Assembly: GCF_026571515.1 (NCBI RefSeq)
Contig: NW_026866180.1
Span: 186,001-250,000 of the forward strand
From: Ruditapes philippinarum
Lineage: Eukaryota
DNA: 64,000 bases
Reading direction: 5' to 3'
This document shows positions 1 to 13,400 of this stretch, one piece after another. Numbering within the stretch: the stretch's first letter is position 1; every line of letters begins with the position of its first letter. Under the pieces are notes generated by a model. It was not told where the DNA came from. It saw only the letters and a program-made list of their open reading frames with translations, and ran no database searches. The translations under genes and the position numbers were made by a program.

Positions 1-456
1 AATGCAGTATTAGTAGAGAATCTTTAAACATTATACATTGTATATACAATTATATTGGAAACAATAAGTCATAAGTCATAAAGGTATTTGTTCTCATCAT
101 TTGCTAATGCACAAACCACAGTTCAACAATATGATATTATAAAATACCAAAAATTGGTAAAATTTGAAAAATTAACAATCATGTTAACAGAATTATTAAA
201 TATATTAATTTGATTCACTCTATAGATACGTGACAAATAAATATCTAACTTCAAGAACTAAAATGGAGATTGGGTAAGGGAATTGCCTACAATCCAAACA
301 CTGACAGATAACAAATATTCTTCTGTTTATCTATAAAATGTTCATTAATTTAATTTTGCATACATTTTTAATTTTGAATTGCATAAACACAACACTTTTT
401 TTGATAACGTTATGTATGAAAATAAATAATAATCTTACAATGTTGTCTTATTACAG

Positions 457-3146
457 GCAGACCAGCAGCTCATAGAAACATTACAGACTAATATTAAGGA
501 AGATGATCGTCTGAAAGAGCAACTCCCTGGATTAGTGAATGAAAGTGCCGAGCTTCTTGGCCAACTCGATATCTTCTACATAAACGACATCATGCAGTTT
601 GACTTTGAATTATCAGAGTTAGAATGGAACGATAAAAAGGAGCTTGGTAGCGGAAGTTTTGCCAAAGTGTACACGTCAAAACTTACGCGAAAAAATAGAC
701 CAGTTGCAATAAAGGTGTGTATGTGGCAATACTGTATTTTATAACTTGTAGAATACGATAACAAAATCAACAAGGCATAGCAACTTTCACAAGCCACAGC
801 CCTGATGTAAGCAAACCACAAGTGGCCACCGCAAAGGTATCTAGCTAAAAACTAACAAGGGCACAGAAGGCGGCAACGAACGGGACCTACCGATAAATGA
901 TACTAATTGTTAAAGATGATGAATATTTAAGTTCTTTTTCATTGATAGACTCCAAGCTTCTCGTGCCATCGAATATTCAACATATTCTTTTACACCATTC
1001 ACATTTTTCCTCTTATCATTAGCGTAACAGCTATTACAATAGTTAATATTATGTAGAGATATCGAGAAATAAAAACGGATTTTGAATGTTTTGTTTTAGG
1101 TTGCCACTGACGTAGTCGACCAGTCCAATGTCACACAAATCCTAACCGAGGACAGAACTATGAGGTAAAATAATTTTCTATAAAATGTCCTGTAATTGTT
1201 AAGTGTAAGCAATATGTGACAGTTTTTTGTCGACATATCAAAATCTTTTAACCCGAAACTTGTAACGAATGTGATGTTTTGATTTTTACAAGTTATCATG
1301 AGATATAATGAAAACTGTTTTATGTTTGATATATACGCACGTTTATCTAACATCGGAACAAAAGTCGTCCAAGATCAAAACTCAGTGCGACATTTAATAT
1401 CCCACAATGACATTATTGTAACTATCCTCTTTTGTTATGTATTATACAGTTAAGATAAAATAATTAATTTTGATAACTTCAGGGATTTGAAACATGCTAA
1501 CATCGTTCGGTACTACGGTGCGTCCTATATTAAAACAAAGAAGGGTTTACAGTGGATAATGGTGATGGAGCTTTGCCAGACAACTCTTAAACAGATCTAT
1601 ACTGGTAATTTTGTTTAATTAATAATAATGTCAGCAATTAATTGGTTAACACAAGACTTATCAGTAGAAATGCAGTGTAAACACTTAATCAGTGTAAATT
1701 TGAAAGAAAGAGACTGCCAACAATTGTTAAGGCAAGTACCGTACTATTCTTTTAAATACAAATTGGAGTTATGATACATTCTTGAGTACACAGCTGTTAA
1801 AGTTGTATTAGACAAGGCGCTAGTACGAGCCCAATATGATCAGTATTGTTCTCAATTATGTTTAATGACCTCTTTCTTTCTTTCTCATTTTTGACATAGG
1901 TAATATGGGATATGATATGTATTCGATATGGATGTATTGTTCTCTGGAAATGGAATCGATGCTATATGGGATATAATAAGCATTTGATATAGATTCTGTA
2001 AATGAAAACGAGCCTAAATTGTTAAGAATGGACAATTATGAATTCTATTGGAATATCACATGGTTCAAAGGCTTAAATTTCATTGGTTATATTTTATAAG
2101 GTGTGAAGTAATATTTTTTGTATTATTTACAAGTGTTCATCCATTTTACAATTTATCACATAAAACATGTAAATAAGTAATGTAGATTAAATTAATGAAT
2201 TTCAGGAAGCGATAGAAATGAGCGTATGATTCCTGGTTGCCTAGGAAGTGACCACCCACGATTTGCTCAGGCAGCCAAGTATATGCTTGACCACGCCTAC
2301 CAGATATGTACTGGCCTGGATTTCATACATGAGAAAGGATACACCCACAGAGATATGAAACTAGAAAACGTTCTGGTAAATACATACTGCTTAGTTTGAC
2401 CAAGGGTTTAGATTATCATCATTGGACGTGTCAGATGTTTGATCGCATCGGCTTTATGAACTATATCTTTAATAGTTTTAAACTCAAACAGCAAGTTCTC
2501 GATTTATCTGCATTACTATCTTAATATATGTTTGATATTTGTTATCCCGATACTCAAATAACAAATACCTTTTAGAAAATTAAGAATTCACATGCTTCAA
2601 AAAGTTAAATTCTGTTAAGCTATTTCAATTCATTCGGTGATGTAATAAATAATATTCGAAAATAAATACAAAAGTTTCCATATGTTTCATATATTCTTAA
2701 TGATAATTTTACAGTTGGCAGAGGGAAATGTTATCAAGATCACAGATGTAGGCGTCACCAAGGTAACACAGATGCTTTGTAAAACTGCTGATGGTTCCCC
2801 GGCTTATATGGCACCGGAAGTGCTGCTTTCGAATGAAATCCAAACAAACAAGATTGACATTTACAGTTTTTCTCTCATATTCTGGGAAATGTGGTTTGGG
2901 AAGGATGTAGCTGATGAAATCAACAAAGGTTTACTCGGGTATGGATACCATGGAAATGCAATGGAAGTACTCAAATCTCAGATTGCAAGGACAGATGGTT
3001 GGCGGCCACCACTGAGTTCACCTAAACGTCCGCCAGAAATGATTACTGATGTATTGAAAAGGGGATGGTCTTCCGATCCTGAAAAGAGGCCAAGTGCAAA
3101 TGAGTTTGGAAACACTTTGAAACATTTTCTGAAGAACAACCTCTAA
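457..3146 (+). CDS. Copy A (3' part only, exons 13-17) of a dynamin-like GTPase-protein kinase fusion gene (DSTYK/Dusty-like); kinase domain looks catalytically intact
   Basis: GT-AG exons 457-714, 1100-1164, 1483-1604, 2206-2375 and 2715-3146 splice in frame. Kinase motifs: ELGSGSFAKVY, VAIK, alphaC Glu (ILTED), [44 protein letters not shown]. The 5' exons lie upstream of the window. Confidence 0.9.
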
Positions 3147-4192
3147 AAAAGCATATAAATTATACAAACGTATAGGTGAACCGCTGAAAAAGACTTACAT
3201 GATTACATACAGGAATAGAACTAATGTCATGATAGGCTATAAAGGTTTTAACAAAGCAAATTGCACAATGTAATTCATAAATCATCAACACAATTTCGTT
3301 TATCTATTATTTTGACATCAATTCATGTATAAGTTTTTGATGCTTAGGTATAAAATTCGCGGTTTAACAATCAGTGAACATAAAAATACATATTTGATTT
3401 GTGAAAATTCAAGGAGTTTGTCTACAGTTATTGTTTACACATTATTTAAACGTTCATTTGCGTAGTGATTAACCAGTAAAGAACATTATTCTATTAAAAT
3501 TTATAATTTAGTTTTCATCACAAATTGAATGTGGTGACAAAACATTCTTTTAACATTTCACAATTCAGATCCATACAATTACACTAATAAATCGTTCAAT
3601 ATTTACTTTTTTTACTAATCCTCGGGTTGGATAAGATTTCAAGACAGTTTTGTTTCGTAATATTCTTTTCTGTTAATATTGATTATATTAATCAATTATC
3701 ATTTGGTTTACATTACAATTCAATATCTTTTGTATATTTTTAATTTTGATTTTATTTAATGCTTGAAATAACAAAGAAGACATTTGTTTTTGTTTCATTT
3801 AGTCAAGAGTAAAGTCAAACGTTTAGTCAACGGAACAGCAAATGTTTATAATCATCAATGTTTCCATTTAAATTTGAAATGATTGTTTTATATTACATAA
3901 TACATTACTCCATTGTTCAAGATCTGTTTTATGATAATCGTTGCAAAAGTTGAAATAGAAAAAACTATGAGGTGACAGCTACACTTTTACGGCTTTCTTC
4001 TATCTATGCCCTACAAGAACCGAATGCTCATAGTTTGTTATTCGTTTTGTATTTTGTTTTATCGGGTTTACACAAAATGCTCAAACTTAAAGGTTTAAAC
4101 ATATTTTATTTTGTGCCCGATGCTCATTCACACTATGTTTATACACTGTTAAATTATATTGTTTTGTTTGCGTGTGGGTAAGTTATTTTATG

Positions 4193-4198
4193 AATAAA
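4193..4198 (+). terminator. Candidate polyadenylation signal of copy A
   Basis: AATAAA followed by a GT/T-rich tract (TTTTGTGTGT). The block ATAAATCACATTGAATCAAGATATGC is conserved downstream of other copies (about 19958, 39727, 40164 and 56628). Confidence 0.4.
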
Positions 4199-7139
4199 TC
4201 ACATTGAATCAAGATATGCGTTCATCTTTTGTGTGTCCCCTTTTCTTATTTACAATGCAATGGTTATTATTTAGAATAAGAACCAATTTTTATGAATACT
4301 TATTGTGAACTAGTTTTTGCAAGTTATCATTTAAACAGACAAACCATTGAAAAAAGGATTGAAGAAATAGAAATTAGTGCACATACGGTTTAACAGAGTC
4401 TAATGTTGTATGGCACTGTCATCCAAATCTCCTCACACCGGCTTAGGACTTAACATTTTTATAGTTGAGCATGGTGTTGAAATAGAATTTTAATCATCCG
4501 CAGATAGAATTATATCGCAGTGACCACTGAAAATAAATTGTGACGCTTTCGAGGCAGGAACCAATATACATCCATAATTGATAGCACATTGTAGTGTAAT
4601 ATTGGTAAAGTGAACATGAACATATATTAATATTTACGACAGAATAGACCAATGCTCAGCAAATCAATGAAAAGTGACTGGAAATCCAAACTTTTAGCCT
4701 ATATGCATTATTGTAATATTTATAATTGATATAATTATGACAGTTTCCATATTTTACGCTTGTAAATTCGATTTTTCTGAATAGCATAAAGTGCCTTTAC
4801 CTCTATCTTTCATGATCAGCCTCAATCAAACCAACCTTTGGCGTTTTGGCTATAAAATAGGAACTTCTTTTTCAAAACACAATATCATTTCAATTATTGG
4901 CATCCTCACTAATACTTTTGTCTCAAACTCAATAGGAATAACATTAGTCTGACAACATGACGACTAGAATTGAAACTGAGAAAATTGTTGTGATAATGTC
5001 TGTATTTGTAAATGGATACTGTTGATTAATATATAACTACGTAAACTTTTAATCTATATACACATGAATAAACCAGTATCGCAGTACCTCAAATCTCTCA
5101 TATGTAGACAAACAGCGCCAATATATTTGCAATTGCTGTGTCAACTTTGATAGAAAACCGGGGACTGATATATCTAAATAAAACAAACGCCATTGGAGGA
5201 AGAGCAACAACATACATAACAAAAGCACTTCATTTTTGTTTTTAAAAGGAAACATAAGACTAATACTTGTAGCCAGTAAAGAAAAATGAGATGGTATATT
5301 TTCCATTTACTGTTTATACAGTGTAAAGAACAATATGTGCAAGAGGGATGAGACTGTCAAATATTTTATTACATAAGTGTTGATACATAGACCATGTTGT
5401 AAAAAAACAAAAAAAACAACGTTTAAATTTACATTTGATAAAATAAATCTGATGCAGAGTGTGTCCTTACTATTTAATATATGAAATTATAATAACGAAA
5501 CTATATATATTATTTAAATGTTTTCAAATAGCTAAATATAAAAAATGCAATACGTTTATTATCATCTTCTTTTCTTACTCATCATGGCTATCAAAGTACA
5601 CTCATGAAATTCTATACGACGCCGTGAAATCAATACGCACTGACAGATAATGTACATAAAGTATTGGTTTGCATATCTTTGTTGTGGATTATATAATAAA
5701 AACTTATAAGACTATTGCTAAATATATAATATATATTAAGGAAGTGCAAAAGGAATCATTCGAACGTTTCTTATTCAAAGTTAATGTTTTGGAATATTAG
5801 GAAATAAAACGATTAAACATAATGAATGAGAAAAGATCAACTAGTGCAAACACTGGACAAATTGAACTTGGATTTTAAGCGAAAATTGGTACATGTATTT
5901 ATAAATTTAAGCTGTTTGTGCATAGTTTTTTCGGTTCAACCTCAAAACAACATTTAATTGATTTTATAGAAAAGTCAAAGCGTGACGAAATTTAAGTTTA
6001 CCATAGCTTCACACAAAAAACCCAAAGCGCAAGTAAAAGTCATTTTATACTTTTTTTAAACACGTTTGATAAATACAGTATAGAAAAGCTACACTCTATG
6101 TCTACAATATAATAGTTACTGTTTGAATCAATAAATTGACGGTACAACTTGCAAGAATTACCTTTGTAACCATTCAAAATCCAGTTCAGACTTTTTTTAA
6201 TCAGGAAGTTAACATGTATATATTCCTTTACAAATGTTATGGAAGATTTGGTTTCCGGACATTTAAACCCGTCAGTTTTATTTTTAAGTGTGTCATCTAA
6301 GAAGATTAAAAGGATTTAGTGAAACAATTTTTGAACTGCATTTCCAGGTATAAACCTGTAAAATATATGTGAAACAAATGTATTCAAATAATAAGAATGT
6401 TATTTTACGTGTCATTTTGAAATTCTTTTCTTTCCATTGCATTTTAGTGTCTAAATTAAATATCCTTTATGTTGTATTTAAGGTTGTTACCACATTTACG
6501 TGAAATGTTATGTATGTATATGATTATGTTTAAACATCAAATAATATGTAAAATATGTACTGCAAATATGTGTCCACATTATATGTTATCTTTAAAATAT
6601 ATGCATTAATTTCTTATTGAAAAATTTGAATTAGACTTTATAGAAAATAAATTTCTAATTACCTTCCTTTATTTACATGACATGTTAAATTCGGTAATAT
6701 CTTTATATAATGCTTTTTGGAACTTACAATATTGATAAATCTTAATTTGAGCATCATATTTATGATATAAAACCATAAGAATAGTGTGTTACATGATCTT
6801 GAATATGCAGGCACGCGTTATGTTTATGTAGACAGACACGACGTTTAAATGAAATGTGAGATAAACGCTATATTGTGGACAGATTATGTGTTATACATTG
6901 AACTGAAAAGCCGCGGAGAAAAGTTTAAAGAATGCAACCAGTATCCATACCAGTACAAAAAACATAAACAAAAACAAAACAAAAACCCAACAAAATCCCC
7001 CCGGCAGAAAAAACAGCAAAGAAACATACATTCACACTCTTGTGAAGTATGAAAAGTATGCTTGTTATTATTTGCATATTTTTCTGGCTGAAGCTTATTA
7101 AAATAGAGAGTTATTTTGAAGTTTAGATATTATATTACG

Positions 7140-7330
7140 TTGGTGGAGCTTTAGCCTGAGGGTTTGAATGTCTGCCTCTCAACCGATGATTGAAGGTTTA
7201 AGCTTAAGTAGATTATTAAATATTTCTTCAAAATGTTAGACATAAAGAGAAACCGATCAGTTCCAGGAATTGTACCCGAGAGTGATTCAAATTAACCAGC
7301 TTTCATAACAATCGCACTAAAATAAATATG
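7140..7330 (+). mobile_element. Degenerate SINE, 3' part related to the CORE-like SINE at 54225-54357
   Basis: GTTCCAGGAA...CGAGAGTGATTCAAAT...GCTTTCATAACAATCGCACTAAAATAAATA resembles the reverse complement of 54225-54310. Remnants also occur at about 22871-22930, 24630-24675 and 43520-43565. Confidence 0.45.
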
Positions 7331-7494
7331 TTTAAGTTAAGTTTTCCTATAACATAGCTGACACCAAAACTCCCACCGTAATTAACATAATATTGCATGA
7401 AAATAGATACTGCAAATGCAAAAGCATCAAGTAATCAATTCATCTGTTTTTGGCTTTTATAGGTAATTAAGGTGCTTTATAAACAACATCAGAA

Positions 7495-10400
7495 ATGGCG
7501 GGGAAACAAATGACGAAACAGGATTCTAAAGATATCCCCAATATACAATGTGCTGAGGATATATCACTGTTATATATTCCACAACTAAGTACTCTAGCAA
7601 AATGCTGGAATGTGGATATGTCAGGATTTGAAGAAAAGAAAGACATAGAGGATAGATTGATCACATTCTGGACAAGTAACAGGAAAAAGGAAAACTCCGA
7701 CTCTGTAAGTTATTCATGTTTTATTGCGCGTATGTGGAACAGTAAAAAGAGTATTACACGTAATATCTTTATTGCCCTTAGAAATAAGTGTTGTCATGCA
7801 ATATTTTTTTGTAATCTATAAAAAGAAATACTTAGATATTACCAAACCTTGCCATCTTCCCCGAATTGTGGACAAACATATGTGACGTTTATAAGACACA
7901 AGATAAATCAAGACAAGGTCTTCAAAATGTGGTTCAATTCTTATTGTTACTACATCAAAAAGTATTATCAAAAGAAAAGATCTTTATACATGCACTCAAC
8001 TACAAACACACACAACCTTTAGACAATATCAAGCATGTATTTTACAATCACTATAATTATTATTGAATGTGCCTGTTTTACCTTTAAGTGAATCTTTACG
8101 TGGCATTTACAATAAATCGTATTATATTATATTACAAAAAATGTTTTGGCACATATTTCTGGCAAAACGTGAATTCTGAATCCAGTTATGAACGTAATTA
8201 AAAATGTTATGAAAGGACGGACCCATCCATGCTTTGTAAAGTTTTGTTTCATTCAAATATTTTCACAACAATTCAATAACAAATTTAACATAGCAGGAAC
8301 ATAAACTGTTAAGTAAAATCATTATTGGTAAAATATGCAAAATATTTCACATGACTTAGTTAATGACTAGAAAATAAAATATCAGGAATAATCATTTGAC
8401 TTCTTAACGAATAATTTATTTAAAAAAAACCTTTAAAAGTCGTGTGTTTTTAATGCTTAGATGTTAAGTTTAACATTAACGATTCCCGATACCATTAAGA
8501 GATGGTTGTTTTTATTTCAATTTACTGTATCACAAAACGAAACATTGTCATTATCAAGCATGTTGTTTGTAGTTTTTCTAAACCTATGTCTCAAGTAACA
8601 CAGCTCGGGCAAAAGTACAGAACTTCAAGATGGCCACCAAAAATGACAAAACTTCTTTGCTGTCCAGAATTATGCATTCTTTGCTTTCTACAGTCATGTG
8701 TTCTTTGTCAATTAATATATGTCCATTGCTCAATATAAGTAGACGGTCACCTGCGAAAGAAATTGGTAATTATTGGAAAATGGAAAATAATCCAAAACTG
8801 TCTTCACACACAGAGTTGTAGAAGAAAGTTTAATATGAATGATAAGTTTGCAGATAGGAACATTAGATAATGTAACATTCTTCATGAATTTAAGTGGGAA
8901 CCTCTGGAGCTTGCTAGCGCTTTCACGGAATATCAAAAGACAAAACAATCGTTGCTCGAAAAGTACCGAAAAGCTGAGGCATTGTATAATAACTTCACAC
9001 ACAAAATAAAAGCAAATCTTGAACTGTCCCATCCAAGTAAGTCATTCACTATTCAATCAAAATTATAAAAGCATTTTCTAAAGTTCACAAGCACATATGA
9101 CATAGCCTTAGATGTGTTTTTGTCTGTTTCGAATATGTTTTAGTTTCGATTTATGTATAGATATTTTAAATGTGATGACTGAATAAAAAGAAGTCTATCT
9201 GAACCTATCTTATAAAAATGTTATTTTATATTACTTTATTTTAGACGTATGTACACTTATCAAAGAGAGAGAAGACTCGTTTAAGTCGGGAGAATGTACG
9301 ATTGTTATAGCTGGAGATATTGGGGCTGGTAAAACAAGTCTTCTGAACTTGATTCTAGAGACACAGATATTCCCAGTCAATTCACTAAAGTGTACCAACA
9401 CTATTCTAGAAATACGGAGCAGTGAGAAGAAGGATGCTGTTTTCTACTACAAACAACAGATGTTAAATAACGACGATAGAGAACGAAAACTGCAACCAAA
9501 GATTATAAGCCTGAGTAACTTGCAAACATACACGTTTTTATACATATATATTAATTGTGTAACATTTATAAACAAACCACCAATATCCCAATCATTATGT
9601 TAGAAATATTAATAGATCGACATGTTTTTCAACTTACTAAGTGTCAGAAATGTATAGACATAAACCTTTTTATAAAATAAGACGAAATTATTTTTTCATC
9701 TCTGTTAAGCGAATCAATGATGTTTTTATGAAAATTTTAATAGTGAAAATGTCAGAATTTTATAACCAAGTCAAAACAAATCAAATCAAGAGCGATTCTT
9801 GTATTTAAATGTAATGAATAATTAAGTTTGATTGATATTTTGACATTTATGTTACAGAGAGTCTGGATGGAATTCAGGAATTCAAGGACTGTGTTGCGGA
9901 GTATGACCTATTGGACGACAACCCTTACGACCGATGCGAGGTGTTTTACCCATTCAAAACACTCAGTGTAAGTAACTAGATGTAATAATGTACGTACTGT
10001 TAACTTGCAGATATTCAAAAGTGACACGTGACGGAACATTTTATTATATATTTAATATCACTCAATGTTTTATAAGAATATCTTGAAAAAGTGCGTTAAT
10101 TTTGTCATCATTTGTGTCAGACGGATTAGTTATATATGTAAATCACGGATACATCAATGATATATTATGATATATTATAATTACAAGTATTTTTGTTATA
10201 TCTTAACTTTAATCGAGAGTTTCTTGACAAAGTTGTATTAATTTGATTTTAAGAAAGGCTTGGTGATTGTAGACACCCCATGTATAGAAGGTGGGGGTAA
10301 TATCGATCAACAATTACAAACATACTTCTCGAGAGCGTTCGGCCTTATTTACGTCATCAACACGAACGCTGCTTATGGATTTCAACAAAGCAGGGTTTGT

Positions 10401-13400
10401 TAACTTTCAAATGTACCAATTAAATTCTTTGTTTTGTCTTGTTTCTTGGTACTTTCCTGCTCGATATTGTAAGATTAACATTATTTATTTACTTATTTAT
10501 TGTAAGTTTACTGAAAATGGATTATTTCAAACGAAATTTTTCTTGCATATAACACTGTTTTAAAAGCAACAGAAAATAGAACACTGTTTTAAAAGCAACA
10601 GCAAATATAACATATTATGATGAATATTAATATTAATTGACGTGTACATTTTAATTTACAGCTCGGCAAATTGTTGAAAACTGTTGTCAATAGCAGCGAA
10701 GATTTCAGCCCTGAAGCGTCCCTTTTCATCGGCAATAAATGGGAGCATGTACCCGAAGGAGACCGCGCTGACGTGCAAGAAGATATCTTTTACAAACTGA
10801 ATCAGGTGTATCCTGGGACACAACAAACGCAGATACAGTACATGTCTGTGAAAAAGGTAAAAGTATTCATTTGAATAAACCATAGTTGGTATCGTTATCG
10901 TTGGTGTGAACTCACAATTAAGTGTCTATTCGTCTACATTTATTCGAAAGAAAGTACGATTAAATTAACATGTTAACATGTATTTTTGTGTTCCTCACAG
11001 AATTATTAGAATTGTCTCACATCGCTTCAGTCAGAGCCATCAATGTTTGACAGCATCTTAGCACTACTAAGCACTAGAGGATTCTTCGCGAGCGATAGGA
11101 AGTAGTTCCTTCTCATTTGCCGACAGCATTGTAATTGTTTCAAGTTGTTTTAATTTTTTAAATTTAGGAGACGGTAATTTTGATGGCCGGCTTCAAAGGC
11201 AACAGGTGTACTGAGTTATAACTAGGCATTTAATTCTTCATCACTAAATTCGACTGACATTAACCATTTCATTAATGATAATGTAATGCGAAACAATTTC
11301 AAGGGTTGTTCGGCATAACTCCATAACTGATATAATTTGCAAAAACCCTTGATGTTTTCACACATGATGTACTAATTCAATTATATCGTATATCTCTGAA
11401 ACAAAAATAAAGAACAAACAAACTTTAAATCTAAGATGCATATTTCTTTCAGTCGACAGAATTCCAAATGAAGTACGAAACAAAATTAGAAGAGCACAAG
11501 ATTCTCCTGTTGAAGGTGTCCCAGCTTGTATCCAGTAGTTTCAGACAAGTATTAGTGTCAAATTACTGGTAAAATACAAAGTCATTTCAAGATGTAATAC
11601 ATTATCAAGTCACCTTTATCTAAGTATTGAGCATATAAAGTTTAAAAATCTCATATGTATATCATTTATAAAAACATATTCAATCAAAGCATATTTAATT
11701 TTATCACGGAAATTTTGTTTTTGAAATGAAGATTTGCTATTAAACAAAGTGGTCCTAAAATGTACCATTTATTATATAATAATAAAGGAAAATGCCGGCA
11801 AAATGGTGAAAAAATAGTTTTACACTAATCATGTATCACTTTAACAATTCCTTCTTTTTTTTCCGTCAAAGGTGGCTTTCCTCATTCCTATCACGATCAT
11901 TGTACCTCCTTCGCGTGACAAGCGTACATAAGGAGATGACAAGTGAGGAACTAGACATATATTTCGAGGACGTCCGTAAACGCGTGGAAGATCTACAGGT
12001 GATTAGTATGATACCGCCTGATTAAAACTTTGTCGCAACTTATTGTTGTAAAATGTTTGTATAATTTATAAGAAAACGATATATCGGATTCCTTTGCGAA
12101 ATGAAATACATTTACAAACCTTTTATCTAAATATTTATTAAATTATCTGTCAAGCGCATTCAATACGCTGTTTTCCCCAATTTTGCAAAAGAAAAATTTT
12201 TTTGTTTTTAAATTCCCCGAAAAGCATTCTTTTTTTTAAAATAAGACCCTAAAAAAGCATTGCTTTTTAAAAATGATTTCTTTTAAAAAGTAAAAATTTT
12301 TGTATATTTCCCTTGGGGAAATAAAATTTAAAAAAATAATATTTTTGCAAAAAAATGGCGAAATTTCGAAGCTTTTGGGAAAAAAGGGAGAAAAAAATAA
12401 AAAGGAAAATTTCCAAAAGAACCCTTCAAACGTACTGGGGAAAAAAGAGCCCTTTTAGACAGGTAAATTGCAAAAGCTGTAAAAACATTGGAAATTAAGG
12501 GCGGGTCAAAAGCATAGTAATGTTAAAAATATTGTAACTAAAAATAGCCAACTATTGTTCATTAAATTTATTTTAAGCTTCTACCGTAGAGTAAGCTTGT
12601 AGCTGGCTTCGAACAAGTAAACAATACTGGTCTATATATTGAATTATGAGTTGCTCGATTCATCTGTGTTGAAAATTACAAGGCCACACTGCTCCAATTA
12701 ACAATTAACTTCAATTATCAGTTTAATATGAGATTCGGGTAAAAAAAGAAAGAATATGTTGAAATAAAACTGACTTCATGTATTGACCCTGGCAGTTAAT
12801 AAACAAAATAAATGCACTTTTTCTGATAGGCCTATTATTTTCTGATAGGCCTACATACATGGTTGGTATCGTCCTCTTATGACGTTTTCAAGTCATATTA
12901 TGTCGGTCTAAGTGGAAATGGTCTAATATTACATTTAAGTCATACATAACCCAAATATTTCTTAAATAATTGTATGAAATGGAACAGTTATTACATTTTA
13001 ATTTACTGTGTAGAATATGTAATTGGGAAGACACTAATGAGTGTCCCAGGATTGAGAGAAGGTGGAATATCGTTGCGGATGCCGCTGCTGTGAAGATATC
13101 AGAAAGAATATCACGCGAGCTTGATAACTGGTTAAGACAGAACAACATTCTCCGTGTCCTAGACAACGAAATCATTGAAGTTTTCAAAACAGAACTCGGA
13201 TTGATTGATAGCCAAGTGAAAGAACTAGAAGGTAAATTGCATATTGCTCGCAAAGCAGATATCAAACGATATGTGTTACTGCCCGCTACTTACAATTCAC
13301 AACAATAGTGAGCCACATAATTGTACTAAAATGAAATACATGAAATTCTACTGGTGCCAACGTTGGACATAGCAAATATTACTGAGGTTTCAAAAATGCT

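Noticed and set aside
8530-8830. ORFs 8502-8738 and 8630-8821 in intron 1 of copy B
   Set aside because: There is no counterpart in the other paralogues and no recognisable motif. This is probably a repeat fragment (CAAGATGGCCACCAAAATG), and I cannot support a call.
9245-10856. ROCO/LRRK (Roc-COR), NACHT or AIG1/GIMAP identity for the GTPase
   Set aside because: The G2-G3 spacing is long, and PxxxxxCT, DTPG and NKWE fit the bacterial-dynamin/mitofusin type. No COR, LRR or NACHT Walker-B pattern was seen.
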